NCBI GenBank assembly: GCA_019058445.1
Contig: JAHPZA010000004.1
Location: forward strand, 354,184-418,183
Reading direction: 5' to 3'
Length of the DNA stretch: 64,000 nucleotides
DNA from: Promethearchaeota archaeon
GTDB lineage: Archaea; Asgardarchaeota; Lokiarchaeia; Sigyniarchaeales; SOKP01
In this document: piece by piece, positions 62,709 to 64,000 of the stretch
Numbering within the stretch: position 1 is the first letter of the stretch
Layout: each line of letters opens with the position of its first letter
Translations under genes and position numbers: made by a program
The notes under the pieces: generated by a model
Seen by the model: only the letters and a program-made list of their open reading frames with translations
The model's database searches: none
Told to the model about the DNA's origin: nothing

Positions 62709-63491
62709 ATGAAATGGAAGCATTCTTTACAAAAAAGACAGATTATTATCCTAATTCTAATTATAGGACTACTCACTGCAATAACTTCTTTAAATTTAAT
62801 TCAGATTGAATATCAAATGAGAAGAAAAAGTATTAAGATAATGACTTGGAACATACATAATGGAGTTGGGATTGATGATGAATATGATTTAAACAGAATC
62901 ACAACTATAATTAAAAGGAATCAACCTGATATTGTCGGTTTACAGGAAGTAGAAGAGGATATGGCTGAATATATTGCAGATGAGTTGAATATGGAATATT
63001 TTTTTGGGGCAGACTTTGATGATGATGAGGGGAATGCTATATTGAGTAAATATCCGATTGAAGATGTTGAAATTCTATATTTGTCTCCTGATAATAGCAG
63101 ATCACTTATAAGAGCAAATCTTATAATAGATTCTGAAATATGGTACTTATTTATAATTCATTTAACACTAAGACCTACAGAAGATAATTTAAGGCAAACA
63201 GAACAAATTTTATCCAAAGTATTAAAAGGGTATTCTAAACATGTTATATTAATGGGTGATTTCAATTTTGGACCCGATTCTGATCAATATGAAAAAATAA
63301 TGAATTATGAAAATATAGAATTTGTGGATACTTACAGATATTTAAATGAAGATCGTGGCCTTACTTTTAGAACAAATTATCTATTTAGGAGGATAGACTA
63401 TATTTTTTGTTCATCTGATCTGAAACCTATCAATAGTGAAGCAATTTATTCCCAAGCTTCAGATCATTGTGCTGTAATGACAACTTTCTAA
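62709..63491 (+). CDS. Endonuclease/exonuclease/phosphatase (EEP) family protein with N-terminal TM
   Basis: MTWNIH, LQEV, GNAILSKYP, GDFN, RIDYI, SDH. Confidence 0.9.
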   Translation: MKWKHSLQKRQIIILILIIGLLTAITSLNLIQIEYQMRRKSIKIMTWNIHNGVGIDDEYDLNRITTIIKRNQPDIVGLQEVEEDMAEYIADELNMEYFFGADFDDDEGNAILSKYPIEDVEILYLSPDNSRSLIRANLIIDSEIWYLFIIHLTLRPTEDNLRQTEQILSKVLKGYSKHVILMGDFNFGPDSDQYEKIMNYENIEFVDTYRYLNEDRGLTFRTNYLFRRIDYIFCSSDLKPINSEAIYSQASDHCAVMTTF

Positions 63492-63590
63492 AATAAAAGA
63501 ATCAAGTTGCGTTTGTCTTATTGTATTAGACCTTTAACTATAGCATAATTGTAAAAAGGAAAAAAAGGATAAAAAAAAACAGTGAAAATT

Positions 63591-64000
63591 CTAAATTTTC
63601 AATTGTTCTTTTTCTAATGTTAGTGTATAGGCTTCGTTCATTGCAATTTCGAAAATTTTAACTTTAAATCGATCATGCAGAGGGGAGATTTTACAACCCG
63701 CATAGGTTATTTTATATAAAAACTGTGTTAATTTTCCAACGCCACCAATCATTGCTGCTGCCCTCTCAAATTCTTTAAGAGTATTACTATCAAATCCGCC
63801 GAAAAAACCTGCAAGGAAAGCAAAAAAATACATAAAAACAAAAATACCGACAACGAATAATAATAACACGTTAATTATTTTATCTCCTAAAGGTATTTCC
63901 CATACTAATAAACTGACAAATCTTAAGCATACATACGTGATAATTGCGGCGATTCCAGGTGCGATAAACGAGGTCCAAGGATATAGTTTATAGTCGGAAA
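63591..64000 (-). CDS. C-terminal part of a membrane protein (runs off window end)
   Basis: ORF 63591-63869 stays open upstream to the window edge (DYKLYPWTSFIAPGIAAIITYV...). Confidence 0.55.
   Translation of the reverse strand, partial: SDYKLYPWTSFIAPGIAAIITYVCLRFVSLLVWEIPLGDKIINVLLLFVVGIFVFMYFFAFLAGFFGGFDSNTLKEFERAAAMIGGVGKLTQFLYKITYAGCKISPLHDRFKVKIFEIAMNEAYTLTLEKEQLKI

Noticed and set aside
1-64000. tRNA genes, CRISPR arrays, transposases/integrases
   Set aside because: None recognised by eye; split or multi-intron tRNAs could have been missed without a covariance-model search.

Overview
AT-rich archaeal chromosomal segment, most likely from an Asgard archaeon (Lokiarchaeia-like). This is inferred from eL22, several Rab-like small GTPases, longin/roadblock proteins, form III RuBisCO with R15P isomerase, LysW, TFS, Spt5, aIF1A and aIF2-gamma. 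The main result is evidence for bulge-helix-bulge (BHB/BHL) RNA splicing outside tRNA. (1) A 5S rRNA gene on the minus strand (37358-37538) is circularly permuted (3' half, 36-nt linker, 5' half). It also carries a 30-nt BHL intron in loop C that leaves a 7-nt micro-exon, and cutting by the standard BHB rule at both junctions rebuilds a canonical ~115-nt 5S fold. (2) The aIF2-gamma gene is split inside its P-loop by a 29-nt BHL intron (30658-30686), and removing it restores GHVDHGKTT in frame. Other notable items: a circularly permuted (G3-G4-G5-G1-G2), tail-anchored Rab-like GTPase; free-standing endonuclease-like genes or relics beside the spliced loci; a GIY-YIG gene interrupted only by in-frame TAA codons; and a ~6.6-kb cassette bracketed by a duplicated cupin 3' end. 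All calls are by eye from sequence motifs; no searches were run.
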